Shown: positions 1-10,900, counted from the first letter of the stretch. The stretch is 64,000 nt of DNA from Bacteroidota bacterium (GCA_049324055.1 JBMOLS010000007.1:32493-96492); one strand, 5' to 3'. Program-made: numbers and translations. The notes: generated by a model from the letters alone, not told the origin.

Positions 1-1
1 G

Positions 2-331
2 CTTCGTGTTACCGCCATCGTTAACAACCTCCTCACCAATGCAGCGAAGTACCAGCGCAAGGACGAGGGCCATCCGTGGGTAAATGTTCGCTTTAATGCC
101 AATGAAACAGGCGCCACCCTTACCGTAAGCGATAATGGAGAGGGTATCCCAGAGGAGATGCACCAGCGTATTTTTGATATGTTTGTGAGGCACTCCCAGA
201 ATTCAACCGGCTCGGGTCTGGGATTGTACATGTGCAAGGAAATGGTGGAGCGCCTGCAGGGTTCCATTTCTTTACACTCCATTCCGGGGAAGGGATCTAC
301 TTTTACGCTTTTCTTTCCACACTTGCCATAA
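2..331 (+). CDS. sensor histidine kinase, C-terminal HATPase_c fragment (5' end outside window)
   Basis: Frame 2 is open from the window edge to TAA at 329-331. The translation ...NNLLTNAAKY...SDNGEGIPEE...GSGLGLYMCKEMVERLQGSI...GKGSTF carries the N, G1 (DxGxG) and G2 (GxGLGL) boxes of GHKL ATPases. Confidence 0.85.
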   Translation, partial: LRVTAIVNNLLTNAAKYQRKDEGHPWVNVRFNANETGATLTVSDNGEGIPEEMHQRIFDMFVRHSQNSTGSGLGLYMCKEMVERLQGSISLHSIPGKGSTFTLFFPHLP

Positions 332-419
332 ACCCCGAGGGCTGCCACGCAGGTAAGCCAAGGGCTTGGAGATCAACCTGCGCTGCGTTACCTTATGCAA
401 CATATCAACCTTTCTATCT

Positions 420-1859
420 ATGCGAATGATGACCGTCTTCGGTGTGGTTGCTGTCATTTTTCTCAGTTGCTCGCCCGTGGAGCCCCCGGCACCCGTGGGC
501 CCGTTGCCTACCAAGGCGCAGTTGAACTGGCATCGTATGGAGATGAATGCTTTCATTCACTTCACCATCAATACCTACACCGACCTGGAGTGGGGCATGG
601 GCAGCGAATCACCAGCCTTGTTTCGGCCCTCGCAATTCAATGCCGACCAATGGGTAAGCGTGCTGGCCGACACCGGGTTTAAGGGTGTGATACTTACCTG
701 TAAACACCACGATGGATTTTGCCTGTGGCCAAGTGCCTATACCAATCATTCCGTGAAGAGCAGTCCTTTTATGAATGGCGAGGGCGATGTGGTGAAGGCC
801 GTTTCGGAGGCATGCAAAAAGTACGGATTGAAGTTTGGTGTGTACGTGTCGCCCTGGGATCGCAACCATGCGGGCTACGGCACGCCAGCCTACATCGTTT
901 ATTACCGAAATCAACTAAAGGAATTGTTTACACAATACGGCCCCATTTTCGAAATGTGGTTCGATGGCGCGAATGGAGGCACCGGCTACTATGGTGGCGC
1001 CAATGAAAAGCGCGCCATTGACGGATCTACCTACTACGATTGGCCGGGCACGCTTAACCTGGTGAGAAGCATGGAGCCGGACGTGGTATTTTTCAGCGAT
1101 GCCGGCCCGGGCGTGCGGTGGGTGGGCAATGAAAAAGGTATTGCCGGGGAAACCAACTGGAACACCATTACCACCGACACACTTTTTGCCGGAAAGGCCG
1201 GGATCGAAGGTTTGCTCAACACCGGTCACGAAAAGGGTACGTCTTGGGTGCCAGCCGAAACCGATGTGTCGATCAGACCGGGTTGGTTTTACCATGCCCG
1301 CGAAGATTCCCTGGTAAAAACGCCCGAACGGCTTTTTGAAATCTACCTTACTTCCGTGGGGCGGGGTTCTACCTTGTTGCTGAATGTGCCTCCCGACCCG
1401 CGTGGACTGCTGCACGAAAACGATGTGGCGGCCCTCAAAGGATTCAAAGAATTACTCGACACAGCCTTTGCTGAAAACTTAGCGATCCCTGCGAAGGCTT
1501 CTGCCACAAGCTTTCGCGGGAATTCAGATCGTTTCAGGCCCGCGCTCTTAACTGATGAAAACCCGGAAACCTATTGGGCTTTAGATGATGGCGAAACGTC
1601 TGCTTCGGTTGAGTTGGAGTGGGACGAACCGCGTACGATCCGCTACGTGGTTTTGCAGGAGTACATACAACTGGGGCAGCGGGTAAAAGCCTTTCAGGTG
1701 GAAGTTTTGAAGGATGGGCAATGGCAACAGGCGGCCACCGGCACCACCATTGGCTACAAGCGAATTTTGAAGTTGCAGCCGATGACGGCTCAGAAAATCA
1801 GGGTGTCGATAATCGATGCCCGGGCGTGCCCCGTATTGCATACCCTAGCCGTCTATTGA
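420..1859 (+). CDS. alpha-L-fucosidase (GH29) with C-terminal F5/8 type C (discoidin-like) domain, probable lipoprotein
   Basis: Lies in ORF 366-1859. GH29-like motifs are present (KHHDGFCLWPS, WFDGANGG). The C-terminal ~130 aa (ETYWALDDGE...RYVVLQEY...) looks like F5/8C. The start is moved to ATG 420, which gives the signal MRMMTVFGVVAVIFLSC with a lipobox. Confidence 0.85.
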   Translation: MRMMTVFGVVAVIFLSCSPVEPPAPVGPLPTKAQLNWHRMEMNAFIHFTINTYTDLEWGMGSESPALFRPSQFNADQWVSVLADTGFKGVILTCKHHDGFCLWPSAYTNHSVKSSPFMNGEGDVVKAVSEACKKYGLKFGVYVSPWDRNHAGYGTPAYIVYYRNQLKELFTQYGPIFEMWFDGANGGTGYYGGANEKRAIDGSTYYDWPGTLNLVRSMEPDVVFFSDAGPGVRWVGNEKGIAGETNWNTITTDTLFAGKAGIEGLLNTGHEKGTSWVPAETDVSIRPGWFYHAREDSLVKTPERLFEIYLTSVGRGSTLLLNVPPDPRGLLHENDVAALKGFKELLDTAFAENLAIPAKASATSFRGNSDRFRPALLTDENPETYWALDDGETSASVELEWDEPRTIRYVVLQEYIQLGQRVKAFQVEVLKDGQWQQAATGTTIGYKRILKLQPMTAQKIRVSIIDARACPVLHTLAVY

Positions 1860-1976
1860 TTTAAGCACGCCATCCCGCAAAGAGCGGTAGTGCTGCAATG
1901 GTTACACACCATTCATGTTAAAATTTGAAACCCTTGCTGTCGTTTTGCAGTTAACGACACCAATTTATTTTCCGCT

Positions 1977-4409
1977 ATGCTCCAAAATTTCTTTAAAACT
2001 GCCATCCGTACGATTCTCAAAAACCAATCGTACGCTATTATTAATTTCATAGGTTTAACCAGTGGCGTGGCGCTGGCCTTGCTGATCATCACCTATGTTC
2101 GGTCGGAACTCAGCTACGATCAGTTTCATGAACACGGAGACCGATTGTACCGTATCCGGTACGATGCCCCCAACGGACTGGGACTGGCCACTTCGCCACC
2201 ACCCATTGCTCCGGCCATGAAAGATTTCTTCCCCGAAGTGGAAGAAGCCGCGCGGTTGTATGCCCGCAACATGAGTATAAAGCGGCCCGATGCGGAAGAA
2301 GCCTTTGAAGAAAATGGTGTCTTCTTTGCCGATTCTACGCTGATGAAGATGATGACCTTTCAGTTTGTGAAGGGTAATCCCGAAAGGGCGCTGGTCGACA
2401 AGTTTACTGTGTTGATAAACGAGGAGATGGCTAAAAAGTACTTTGGCGATGCCAACCCGATAGGCGAACCGCTGCTATTTGGTGGCAAACACAACTTCAA
2501 GGTGGTGGGCGTGGTGAAAGACTTTCCTGAGAACTCGCACCTGCGGTTCAGCATGCTGGTGCCCTACGAGAACATGTTCGACATGGAAACGGATGAGACT
2601 GCCCAGATTCTTCGCAACAACCTGGCCATCAATTTTGTGATCAGTCACTCATACACCTATGTGCTGTTGAAGCCCGGTGCCGATCCCAAAAATGTCGACA
2701 ATCAGTTCGATGCCTTCCTTAAAAAATATGCGCGCCCTGATTTGTTGGTAGGGCAGAAGTTTACGTTGTTTCCGGTGAAAAACATTCACCTGCAGTCTAC
2801 CTTGCTGGCCGAACCTTCTCCCACCAACTCGATGACCAACCTGTATATCTTCATGGGGGTAGGGCTGTTAACCATTCTGATTGCCTGTATCAACTATGTC
2901 AACCTGAGTACGGCTCAATCCTTCACACGCATCAAAGAGATTGGGTTGCGCAAAATACTGGGTTCGATGAAGTCGCAGATCATTGTACAGTTCTTGTCGG
3001 AGAGTTTTTTGTTCTGCCTGGTGTCATTCGCCTTGTCGTTTGTCGTATTCTACTTCGCTTTACCGTCCCTAAATGAACTTACCGATAAAGAATTACTGTT
3101 TATCGATGTGGTAGACTGGAAGTTGGTAGGCCTTTCACTGGGTTTGCTGGTGTTGATTACCTTTCTTGCGGGTGGCTATCCATCTTATTTTGTGGCACGC
3201 TTCGATTCTGTTCACTCCATCAAAGGAGGTGCGGCCAATATGGGCAGCCAAAGATTGCGCAAAGTGCTGGTGGTATTTCAGTTGGGCATTGCCTGCCTGC
3301 TGTTGTCTGGTTCGCTGGTTATCATGAAGCAATTGAATTACCTGGCCGATCGACCGCTCGGTTTCCAGAAAGACCATGTCATCGCCATTCCGCTTTTCAG
3401 CCAGAACCTCAATGGCATCTTCAGCAGGCGCGATACGCTCTTCCAAACCCGCCTGCAGAGTTACCGCGATGCGGTAGAAGCGCAGACGGGGGTGCAAAGC
3501 ACTACGTTGTCATCGACTGCGCCAGGGCTGGGTTTGGTCTACAGGGGCACGATACCTGAGGGCTTTACACAGGAAGACCGACTCTTCATTGCCAACTTTG
3601 CCGTTGATTATGACTTTAGAGATACTTACGGCATCGAGGTGGTGGCAGGGCGGTTCTTCAGCCGCGAATATGGCACCGATGCCACCGAGGGATTTCTGGT
3701 GAACGAAAGAGCGGTGCAGGAATTTAAATGGGAGACACCCGAGAAGGCCTTGGGCAAAACGATCAACCTGGAGGGCAAAGTAGGCAAAGTAGTGGGCGTG
3801 CTGAAGGATTTTCACTTTACGTCTCTCACAACAGCCGTATCTGCCCTGGTGATGGATGTAAACCCCAATCAGTTCAATGTGTTGTCGGTACGTTTCGAGA
3901 ATGCCAACATACAATCTACGCTGGATAAACTGGAGTTGGAGTGGAACCGCATGTTTCCGGAGAAATCGTTTGAGTTTAATTTCCTGGACGAGCAAATCAA
4001 CCAACAATACAGCAACTTTCAGAACTTTGGTATTATCATTCAAACCTTTACCGTCATTGCGGTGCTCATTGCCTGCCTCGGTGTCTATGGGTTGGTGTTG
4101 TTTGTAGTGCAGCGCAAAGTGAAAGAGATTGGAGTGCGCAAGGTATTGGGCGCCAGCATCGGCAGCATTCTGAACCTCATCTACAAAGACTTTGCATGGC
4201 TGATATTGATCGGTTTTGTTTTGGCCGTGCCCGCTTCTTACTATTTGATGAGCGAGTGGTTGAATAACTTTATCTACCACACACCTATTGATGTGGGCAC
4301 GTACCTCATCAGCCTGGTGTTGGTGTTGGCCGTAACGGCACTTACCATCAGCTACCAGGCCATGAAGGCCTCGATGGCCAACCCGGTGAAGTCGTTGCGC
4401 AGCGAATAG
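1977..4409 (+). CDS. FtsX-family ABC-transporter permease, MacB-like duplicated type (810 aa)
   Basis: N-terminal TM segment, then a large periplasmic domain. Two FtsX 4-TM modules follow, each preceded by the EIGLRKxLG / EIGVRKVLGAS amphipathic motif. No ATPase gene is adjacent. Confidence 0.85.
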   Translation: MLQNFFKTAIRTILKNQSYAIINFIGLTSGVALALLIITYVRSELSYDQFHEHGDRLYRIRYDAPNGLGLATSPPPIAPAMKDFFPEVEEAARLYARNMSIKRPDAEEAFEENGVFFADSTLMKMMTFQFVKGNPERALVDKFTVLINEEMAKKYFGDANPIGEPLLFGGKHNFKVVGVVKDFPENSHLRFSMLVPYENMFDMETDETAQILRNNLAINFVISHSYTYVLLKPGADPKNVDNQFDAFLKKYARPDLLVGQKFTLFPVKNIHLQSTLLAEPSPTNSMTNLYIFMGVGLLTILIACINYVNLSTAQSFTRIKEIGLRKILGSMKSQIIVQFLSESFLFCLVSFALSFVVFYFALPSLNELTDKELLFIDVVDWKLVGLSLGLLVLITFLAGGYPSYFVARFDSVHSIKGGAANMGSQRLRKVLVVFQLGIACLLLSGSLVIMKQLNYLADRPLGFQKDHVIAIPLFSQNLNGIFSRRDTLFQTRLQSYRDAVEAQTGVQSTTLSSTAPGLGLVYRGTIPEGFTQEDRLFIANFAVDYDFRDTYGIEVVAGRFFSREYGTDATEGFLVNERAVQEFKWETPEKALGKTINLEGKVGKVVGVLKDFHFTSLTTAVSALVMDVNPNQFNVLSVRFENANIQSTLDKLELEWNRMFPEKSFEFNFLDEQINQQYSNFQNFGIIIQTFTVIAVLIACLGVYGLVLFVVQRKVKEIGVRKVLGASIGSILNLIYKDFAWLILIGFVLAVPASYYLMSEWLNNFIYHTPIDVGTYLISLVLVLAVTALTISYQAMKASMANPVKSLRSE

Positions 4410-4464
4410 GGCAACTGGGGCAGTTTCAGAGCTGATTATTGCCCGTAGCAACGCACTGCACAGA

Positions 4465-4512
4465 AAACCCGCCAGGTCGTAGGATAACGGACTGGCGGGT
4501 TTTTCCTTTTTG
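4465..4512 (+). terminator. rho-independent terminator after the FtsX permease gene
   Basis: cccgccag (4468-4475) pairs with ctggcggg (4492-4499). The hairpin is followed by tttttccttttt. Confidence 0.7.
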
Positions 4513-4568
4513 AAACTTCCACTTCGGTGACAAACTCCGCAGCAAATAGCCCGATACTTTTTTGGATT

Positions 4569-4593
4569 AATAATTGTCTATTTTACACTTATT
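4569..4593. promoter_or_regulatory. imperfect palindrome aataaTtgt-N7-acaCttatt upstream of araB, candidate operator
   Basis: 8 of 9 positions are inverted-repeat matches, and the site ends 27 nt before the araB ATG. Assigning it to the NUDIX-type regulator encoded at the end of the operon is inference only. Confidence 0.25.
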
Positions 4594-4619
4594 CAAAAAT
4601 AAATGTATCTTGAGCCGCT

Positions 4620-6281
4620 ATGCAGGCAGATGCATTTGTTTTGGGTGTCGACTACGGAACAGATTCTGTTCGTACCGTTCTGGTGAATGCCCGCCATGGG
4701 GAAGAGGTGGCCCATGCTGTTTTCTACTATCCCCGCTGGCGCGATGGCCTCTTTTGCGATGCCTCACTGAGTCAATACCGTCAGCATCCGCTGGATTACA
4801 TCGAGGGGCTGGAGTCTACCATCCGCGATTGCGTGAAGCAGGCCGGGTCTGCCGCCAGGCACATCAAAGCCATTGCCGTAGACACCACCGGCTCCACCCC
4901 GGTAGCGGTGGACCGGCAAGGCGTACCGTTGAGCTTGCATACTACGTTTGCCAAAAATCCCCATGCCATGTTTGTGTTGTGGAAAGACCACACAGCGGTG
5001 GCCGAGGCAGCCGAGATCAATCAGCACAATGAACGGTTTCCTGAAAATTACCTTCGCTTCGTAGGGGGCATCTACTCTTCGGAGTGGTTTTGGGCAAAAC
5101 TGCTGCGCACACTGCGGGTGGATGCTGCGGTCCGCGGGGCTTGCTATTCGTGGGTAGAGCACTGCGACTGGATTCCTTTTCTGCTCACGGGCGGCACCGA
5201 TGTGAAAGAAATGAAGCGAGGCGTGTGTGCGGCCGGCCATAAAGCCTTGTGGTCGCCTGCGTGGGGCGGTTTGCCGCCTGCCTCATTTTTTTCAGCATTA
5301 GATCCATTGCTTGGTCAGCTTGCGCATCCCCTGTTCGATAAGGTTTTCACTTCCGATCAGCCCGCGGGTCGTCTATCGCCTGAATGGGCGCAACGCCTGG
5401 GCCTTACCACCGAAGTGCTGGTAGGCGTGGGCGCTTTCGATGCACACATGGGTGCGGTGGGTGGACAGATCGAGCCGTACCACCTCAGCAAGGTGATGGG
5501 AACTTCCACTTGCGATATGCTGGTGGCGCCAAGCAATGAAGTGCAAAACCGTTTGGTAGGGGGCATTTGCGGCCAGGTAGAGGGCTCCATTATTCCGGGC
5601 ATGATCGGTATGGAAGCGGGGCAGTCTGCTTTTGGCGATACCTATGCGTGGTTTAAAAACCTGCTGACGTGGCCCCTGCAACTTCTTTCGCAATCGGCCC
5701 TGGTAGATAAATCGGTGGCGCAGCAACTACAGCAGGAAACATCCAAACAGATTATCCGGCAACTTACGCGACAAGCACAAACACTTACCGTTACAGAAGG
5801 CGATGAATTAGCCCTGGACTGGTTGAACGGAAGACGAACACCCGATGCCAACCAGGCTTTGAAAGCAGTGGTAAGCGGCCTGCACCTTGGCACCGATGCA
5901 CCCAGGATGTACAAAGCACTGGTGGAGAGCACCTGCTTTGGCGCACGAGCCATTGTAGACCGTTTTGTGCGCGAAGGCATACCCGTTAAGGGTTTGATTG
6001 GCCTCGGAGGTGTGGCGCAACAATCGCCCTACGTAATGCAGGTGATGGCGGATGTGATGAACCGCCCCATCCGGATACACAAATCTGATCAAACCTGTGC
6101 GTTGGGTGCCGCCATGTTTGCGGCAACGGCAGCGGGCATTTATCCCAAAGTAGAAGAGGCCATGCAAGCCATGGGCCCAGGTTTTGATGTGGAATACCGT
6201 CCCGATGCTAAAGTGACATCTGTCTATGAAAAGCGATATCAAAAATTCAAGAAGTTGTCGGACATGATGGCGGACTTATGA
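4620..6281 (+). CDS. araB: ribulokinase (FGGY family)
   Basis: 553 aa. The N-terminus VLGVDYGTDSVR is typical of FGGY kinases and the length is typical of AraB. It is followed by araD and araA. Confidence 0.9.
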   Translation: MQADAFVLGVDYGTDSVRTVLVNARHGEEVAHAVFYYPRWRDGLFCDASLSQYRQHPLDYIEGLESTIRDCVKQAGSAARHIKAIAVDTTGSTPVAVDRQGVPLSLHTTFAKNPHAMFVLWKDHTAVAEAAEINQHNERFPENYLRFVGGIYSSEWFWAKLLRTLRVDAAVRGACYSWVEHCDWIPFLLTGGTDVKEMKRGVCAAGHKALWSPAWGGLPPASFFSALDPLLGQLAHPLFDKVFTSDQPAGRLSPEWAQRLGLTTEVLVGVGAFDAHMGAVGGQIEPYHLSKVMGTSTCDMLVAPSNEVQNRLVGGICGQVEGSIIPGMIGMEAGQSAFGDTYAWFKNLLTWPLQLLSQSALVDKSVAQQLQQETSKQIIRQLTRQAQTLTVTEGDELALDWLNGRRTPDANQALKAVVSGLHLGTDAPRMYKALVESTCFGARAIVDRFVREGIPVKGLIGLGGVAQQSPYVMQVMADVMNRPIRIHKSDQTCALGAAMFAATAAGIYPKVEEAMQAMGPGFDVEYRPDAKVTSVYEKRYQKFKKLSDMMADL

Positions 6282-6994
6282 AAAAATATGACCACATACG
6301 AGAGCAGGCTTACCGGGCCAATATGCAATTGCCCTCTTTGGGGTTGGTGGTTTTTACATTCGGCAACGTAAGCGCTGCCGATAGGGACGCAGGCGTGTTT
6401 GCGATTAAACCGAGTGGGGTGGCCTATCAGGATTTGTCGCCCGCAAAAATGGTTGTGGTAGATTTTGATGGCAATACAGTAGACGGTGCGCTGCGACCTT
6501 CTTCGGATACGAAGACCCACGCAGTGTTATATAAGCATTTTGAAAAGATCAAAGGCATAGCGCACACCCACTCCACCTATGCAACGGCCTGGGCACAGGC
6601 GTTGCGCGATATCCCCATTTATGGCACCACCCATGCCGACCATAACACCGTGAACATTCCTTGTGCGCCACCCATGAGCGATGAGATGATACAGGGTGAC
6701 TACGAATACCAGACTGGCTTTCAGATCATTCAATTTTTGCAAAGCCGGGGGTTGAATTATGAAGAAGTGGAGATGATTTTGGTAGGCAGCCACGCACCAT
6801 TTACATGGGGAAGTTCAGCCGACAAGGCAGTGTATAACAGTGCAGTCCTCGAGCAGATAGCGCACATGGCCTGGTTAACGGAGCAAATACGCCCGGGTGC
6901 CGAGCGATTGAAAGCATCTCTGATTCAAAAACATTATCAACGCAAGCATGGCGAAGGCGCCTACTATGGTCAGGAGGAGAAAGGTGCCTCTTGA
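6278..6994 (+). CDS. araD: L-ribulose-5-phosphate 4-epimerase (class II aldolase fold)
   Basis: 238 aa. Motifs GNVSA...IKPSG and HTHSTYATAW. The start overlaps the araB stop by 4 nt (ATGA). Confidence 0.9.
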   Translation: MKKYDHIREQAYRANMQLPSLGLVVFTFGNVSAADRDAGVFAIKPSGVAYQDLSPAKMVVVDFDGNTVDGALRPSSDTKTHAVLYKHFEKIKGIAHTHSTYATAWAQALRDIPIYGTTHADHNTVNIPCAPPMSDEMIQGDYEYQTGFQIIQFLQSRGLNYEEVEMILVGSHAPFTWGSSADKAVYNSAVLEQIAHMAWLTEQIRPGAERLKASLIQKHYQRKHGEGAYYGQEEKGAS

Positions 6995-7030
6995 GTTTGG
7001 GGTTGATCGGGTTTTATCGAACAGAAAAAA

Positions 7031-8527
7031 ATGAAGATTGATTTAAAGCAGTTTGAGGTTTGGTTTGTTACAGGCAGCCAGCATTTATACGGACCGGAAA
7101 CATTACAAAAAGTGGCGGAGCACTCACAGCAGATTGCCAGAGCGCTCAATAATGCTGCGAACATCCCGGCAACGGTGGTGTATAAGCCTGTGGTAAAAAC
7201 CCCGGAAGAGATTTTTCAATTGTGTATAGAGGCCAACTCACATTCCCGCTGTATCGGTTTGGTAGCATGGATGCACACCTTTTCGCCAGCCAAGATGTGG
7301 ATTGGTGGCTTGAAGGTATTGACGAAACCGTTGCTTCATTTTCATACACAATTTAACCGCGACATACCCTGGTCTGCCATCGACATGGATTTTATGAACC
7401 TGAACCAGAGTGCCCATGGCGACCGCGAGTTTGGATTCATCATGACGCGCATGCGCCTCGACCGAAAGGTGGTGGCGGGCCATTGGCAACAGCCGGAGGT
7501 ACAACAGCAGGTAGCCGGTTGGGTGCGGGCAGCCGCGGCCTGGCACGATTGGCAGGGGGCACGTTTTTGCCGCTTCGGTGACAACATGCGGCAGGTAGCG
7601 GTTACCGAAGGAGACAAAGTGGAGGCAGAAATACAGTTTGGATTCTCTGTAAATGGTTTTGGCGTGGGCGATCTGGTGAAAGAAATACAGGACGTCACCG
7701 ATGCGGAAGTAGATGGATTGATTCAGGAATACAATGACCAATACGTAGTGCAGGCCTCTTTGAAGAAAGGGGGGAGCCAACATGCCTCATTGCGCGAAGC
7801 CGCCCGTATTGAGTCGGGTATTCGAGCATTTCTGTCGAAGGGAAATTTCAAAGGATTTACCGATACGTTTGAAGACCTTCATGGCCTGGCGCAACTCCCG
7901 GGCCTTGCGGTGCAGCGCCTGATGGCCGATGGATATGGTTTTGGTGCCGAAGGCGATTGGAAAACGGCCGCACTGGTGCGCGCCATGAAGGTAATGGCGC
8001 ATGGATTACCCGGAGGTAATTCCTTCATGGAAGATTACACCTATCATTTCGAGCCTGGCCATGAAGCGGTGCTGGGTGCACACATGTTGGAGATTTGCCC
8101 CTCCATAGCAGCCGGTAAGCCGTCATGCGAAATTCACCCGTTGGGCATTGGTGGCAAGGCCGATCCGGTCAGGTTGGTTTTTCAGGCGCAAGGCGGTGAG
8201 GCGCTGAATGCTTCGTTGATTGACCTGGGCCACCGCTTTAGGCTGTTGGTGAATGAAGTGAAAGCCATAGAGCCGCCCCAATCTTTACCCAAGCTGCCGG
8301 TGGCGCGTGTATTGTGGAAACCACTGCCCGATATGGTTACCGGGTGCACCGCCTGGATTTATGCAGGAGGTGCGCACCATACCTGCTATAGCCAAAACCT
8401 TACGGTTGACCACCTGGCAAATTTTGCGGCCATGGCTGGCGTGGAGTTGGTACATATTGGAGATGAGACGAAACTACAGCAACTGCGGAATGAATTGAGG
8501 TGGAGCGAAGCGTATTTCAGAAAGTAA
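7031..8527 (+). CDS. araA: L-arabinose isomerase
   Basis: 498 aa. The N-terminus [13 protein letters not shown] and the segments [10 protein letters not shown] and FMEDYTYH are characteristic of AraA. Confidence 0.9.
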   Translation: MKIDLKQFEVWFVTGSQHLYGPETLQKVAEHSQQIARALNNAANIPATVVYKPVVKTPEEIFQLCIEANSHSRCIGLVAWMHTFSPAKMWIGGLKVLTKPLLHFHTQFNRDIPWSAIDMDFMNLNQSAHGDREFGFIMTRMRLDRKVVAGHWQQPEVQQQVAGWVRAAAAWHDWQGARFCRFGDNMRQVAVTEGDKVEAEIQFGFSVNGFGVGDLVKEIQDVTDAEVDGLIQEYNDQYVVQASLKKGGSQHASLREAARIESGIRAFLSKGNFKGFTDTFEDLHGLAQLPGLAVQRLMADGYGFGAEGDWKTAALVRAMKVMAHGLPGGNSFMEDYTYHFEPGHEAVLGAHMLEICPSIAAGKPSCEIHPLGIGGKADPVRLVFQAQGGEALNASLIDLGHRFRLLVNEVKAIEPPQSLPKLPVARVLWKPLPDMVTGCTAWIYAGGAHHTCYSQNLTVDHLANFAAMAGVELVHIGDETKLQQLRNELRWSEAYFRK

Positions 8528-8591
8528 TTTAGATGTATTGATGAGCAACAGTTACCACACAAATAACACTTAACCTTTACCTTAACTTACT

Positions 8592-10208
8592 ATGACTGGT
8601 TTTGCAACACTGGATTGGGTAGTCATCGGGGTATATTTCCTGTTGATTGCGGCTTTGGCTATCTGGGTAATTACCCGAAAGCAGCAAAGTACTGAAGATT
8701 ATTTTCTGGCTGGCCGCAATATAGGTTGGTTCGTGGTAGGGGCTTCCATTTTTGCTTCCAACATTGGCTCCGAGCACGTGGTGGGTCTGGCCGGTGCGGG
8801 TGCCGGGGGCAAAATACCCATGCTGATTTACGAACTGCACGCGTGGCTGGTGATAACGCTGGGCTGGGTATTTCTTCCATTTTATATACGAAGTGGTGTT
8901 TTCACCATGCCCGAGTTCCTGGAGAGGCGCTTCAACGCGAGTACCCGTTGGTTTTTAAGTGTGTTTTCGTTGGTGGCCTATGTGCTCACCAAAGTATCGG
9001 TTACCGTTTATGCAGGCGGTATTGTAATCGCTTCCCTGCTCAACATCGACTTCTGGTTTGGCGCGCTTATGACGGTGATCCTCACAGGCATATATACGGT
9101 GTTGGGAGGCATGCGGGCCGTGGTTTATACCGAGGCGTTGCAGACGGTGGTATTGGTGATTGGTGCAGGTACCCTTACATTTATCGGGCTAAACGAAGTG
9201 GGCGGCTGGGAAGGCATGCGTCAATCGTTAGAGCCTGGTTATCTCAATATGTGGCGCCCCGCTACCGACCCTGATTTCCCCTGGCCCAGCCTGGTAATAT
9301 CAAGCTCCATCGTTGGCTTGTGGTATTGGTGCACAGACCAGTACATTGTGCAGCGGGTGCTGGCAGCCAGGAACATACAGCAGGGAAGGAGAGGAACCAT
9401 CTTTGGCGGATTCCTGAAACTGATGCCCGTTTTTCTGTTTCTGATACCTGGCGTGATAGCGCTGGCGTTGAAAAATAAAGGTCAGCTTTCGTGGGATACA
9501 CCCGACCAGGCCTTTGCCGCTTTGTTGATGAACAAGATGCCCGTGGGGCTGCGCGGATTGGTGGCAGCCGGTTTGCTCGCGGCCCTGATGAGTTCGTTGG
9601 CATCGGTATTTAACTCCTGTTCTACCCTTTTTACGGTCGATGTCTATAAAAAACTAAAACCCAACACACCAGAAAAAGATTTGCTGCGCATAGGCCGCAT
9701 AGCCACCGCTATTGTGGTGGTGCTCGGCATTGCCTGGATACCTATTATGCAAAACATCTCTGGCGTGCTCTACGAGTACTTGCAGTCGGTGCAATCGTAT
9801 ATTGCGCCACCCATCACAGCCGTCTTTCTGCTTGGTATTTTCTATAACCGCATCAACAGCAGGGGCGCTTTGGCTACGCTGGTGGTGGGCATGGCGATTG
9901 GCTTTGTTCGAATTGGCCTCGAACTCGCCATCGACTCACTTACTCCCGGCAGTATTTTGCATACCCTGGGTAGCACCAACTTCCTCACCTTTGCGTCTTG
10001 GTTTTTCCTGTTTTGCGTGATTTTATGCCTGTTGGTAAGCTGGACGGCCCCCGCGCCTTCTGCCGCCCAAATCCAGGGATTAACGTTCGGCACCCTGTCG
10101 GAGGAGCAGCGCAAGGCAAACCGGGCCAGCTATAACGTGTGGGATATTGTTTTGTCGCTGGCAGTCATTGCGATAGTGGTATGGGTAATGGTATCGTTTA
10201 CCGGCTAA
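8592..10208 (+). CDS. sodium:solute symporter (SSF/SGLT-like), probable pentose transporter
   Basis: 538 aa, multi-TM. SSF-type N-terminus (DYFLAGRNIGWFVVGASIFASNIGSEHVVG). Lies within the ara operon. Confidence 0.85.
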   Translation: MTGFATLDWVVIGVYFLLIAALAIWVITRKQQSTEDYFLAGRNIGWFVVGASIFASNIGSEHVVGLAGAGAGGKIPMLIYELHAWLVITLGWVFLPFYIRSGVFTMPEFLERRFNASTRWFLSVFSLVAYVLTKVSVTVYAGGIVIASLLNIDFWFGALMTVILTGIYTVLGGMRAVVYTEALQTVVLVIGAGTLTFIGLNEVGGWEGMRQSLEPGYLNMWRPATDPDFPWPSLVISSSIVGLWYWCTDQYIVQRVLAARNIQQGRRGTIFGGFLKLMPVFLFLIPGVIALALKNKGQLSWDTPDQAFAALLMNKMPVGLRGLVAAGLLAALMSSLASVFNSCSTLFTVDVYKKLKPNTPEKDLLRIGRIATAIVVVLGIAWIPIMQNISGVLYEYLQSVQSYIAPPITAVFLLGIFYNRINSRGALATLVVGMAIGFVRIGLELAIDSLTPGSILHTLGSTNFLTFASWFFLFCVILCLLVSWTAPAPSAAQIQGLTFGTLSEEQRKANRASYNVWDIVLSLAVIAIVVWVMVSFTG

Positions 10209-10209
10209 G

Positions 10210-10899
10210 ATGAAAATATCTACCTATTACTTGCAGCCCCGGTTGTTGGTGGCTGTGGATTGCGTTATTTTGGGTTTCGATGGTACTGCCCTGAAAGTGT
10301 TGGTGATCAAGCGTGGCTTTGAACCCGAAAAAGGCAAATGGTCGCTGCCGGGAGGTTTCGTTTCTGCAGATGAGAGTACGGAGGAAGCAGCGGCACGCGT
10401 GCTGGGCCAACTTACGGGCTTACAACAGGTGTATATGGAGCAACTTCATTGCTTCAGCGCCATCAACCGCGATGTAGCCGGAAGGGTCATCTCCATCGCT
10501 TACTTTGCGCTGATCAACATTCAAAATTACCAACACCACTTGTCGCACAAGCACGAAGCTGCTTGGGTGCCACTCCGGAGCATGCCAGCGCTTATTTTCG
10601 ATCACAACAAAATGGTAGACAAAGCATGGACGGCTCTGCGCGAACGGGTAGCCAACCACCCGATTGGTTTTGAGTTGCTGCCCACCCGCTTTACGTTGCC
10701 ACAGTTGCAATGCTTGTACGAAGCCATCTACAACAGCAAACTGGACAAACGAAACTTCAGTAGAAAGGTGAAGGCCCTGGGCGTATTGAAACGACTTACC
10801 GAAAAGGAAAAAACCTCTTCGCGCAAGGGCGCTTTCTTTTACGTGTTCGATCGGAAAAAATACCAACGACTGGCACGCCAAGGGATGCGACTGATATAG
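10210..10899 (+). CDS. NUDIX-domain / winged-helix transcriptional regulator (NrtR family, AraR-like)
   Basis: 229 aa. The N-terminal NUDIX fold has a degenerate box (GKWSLPGGFVSADESTEEAAARVLGQLTG). The C-terminal part is a ~90-aa wHTH-like tail (FTLPQLQCLYEAI...NFSRKV). The gene starts 1 nt after the transporter stop. Bacteroides AraR has this same architecture and context. Confidence 0.7.
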   Translation: MKISTYYLQPRLLVAVDCVILGFDGTALKVLVIKRGFEPEKGKWSLPGGFVSADESTEEAAARVLGQLTGLQQVYMEQLHCFSAINRDVAGRVISIAYFALINIQNYQHHLSHKHEAAWVPLRSMPALIFDHNKMVDKAWTALRERVANHPIGFELLPTRFTLPQLQCLYEAIYNSKLDKRNFSRKVKALGVLKRLTEKEKTSSRKGAFFYVFDRKKYQRLARQGMRLI

Positions 10900-10900
10900 G

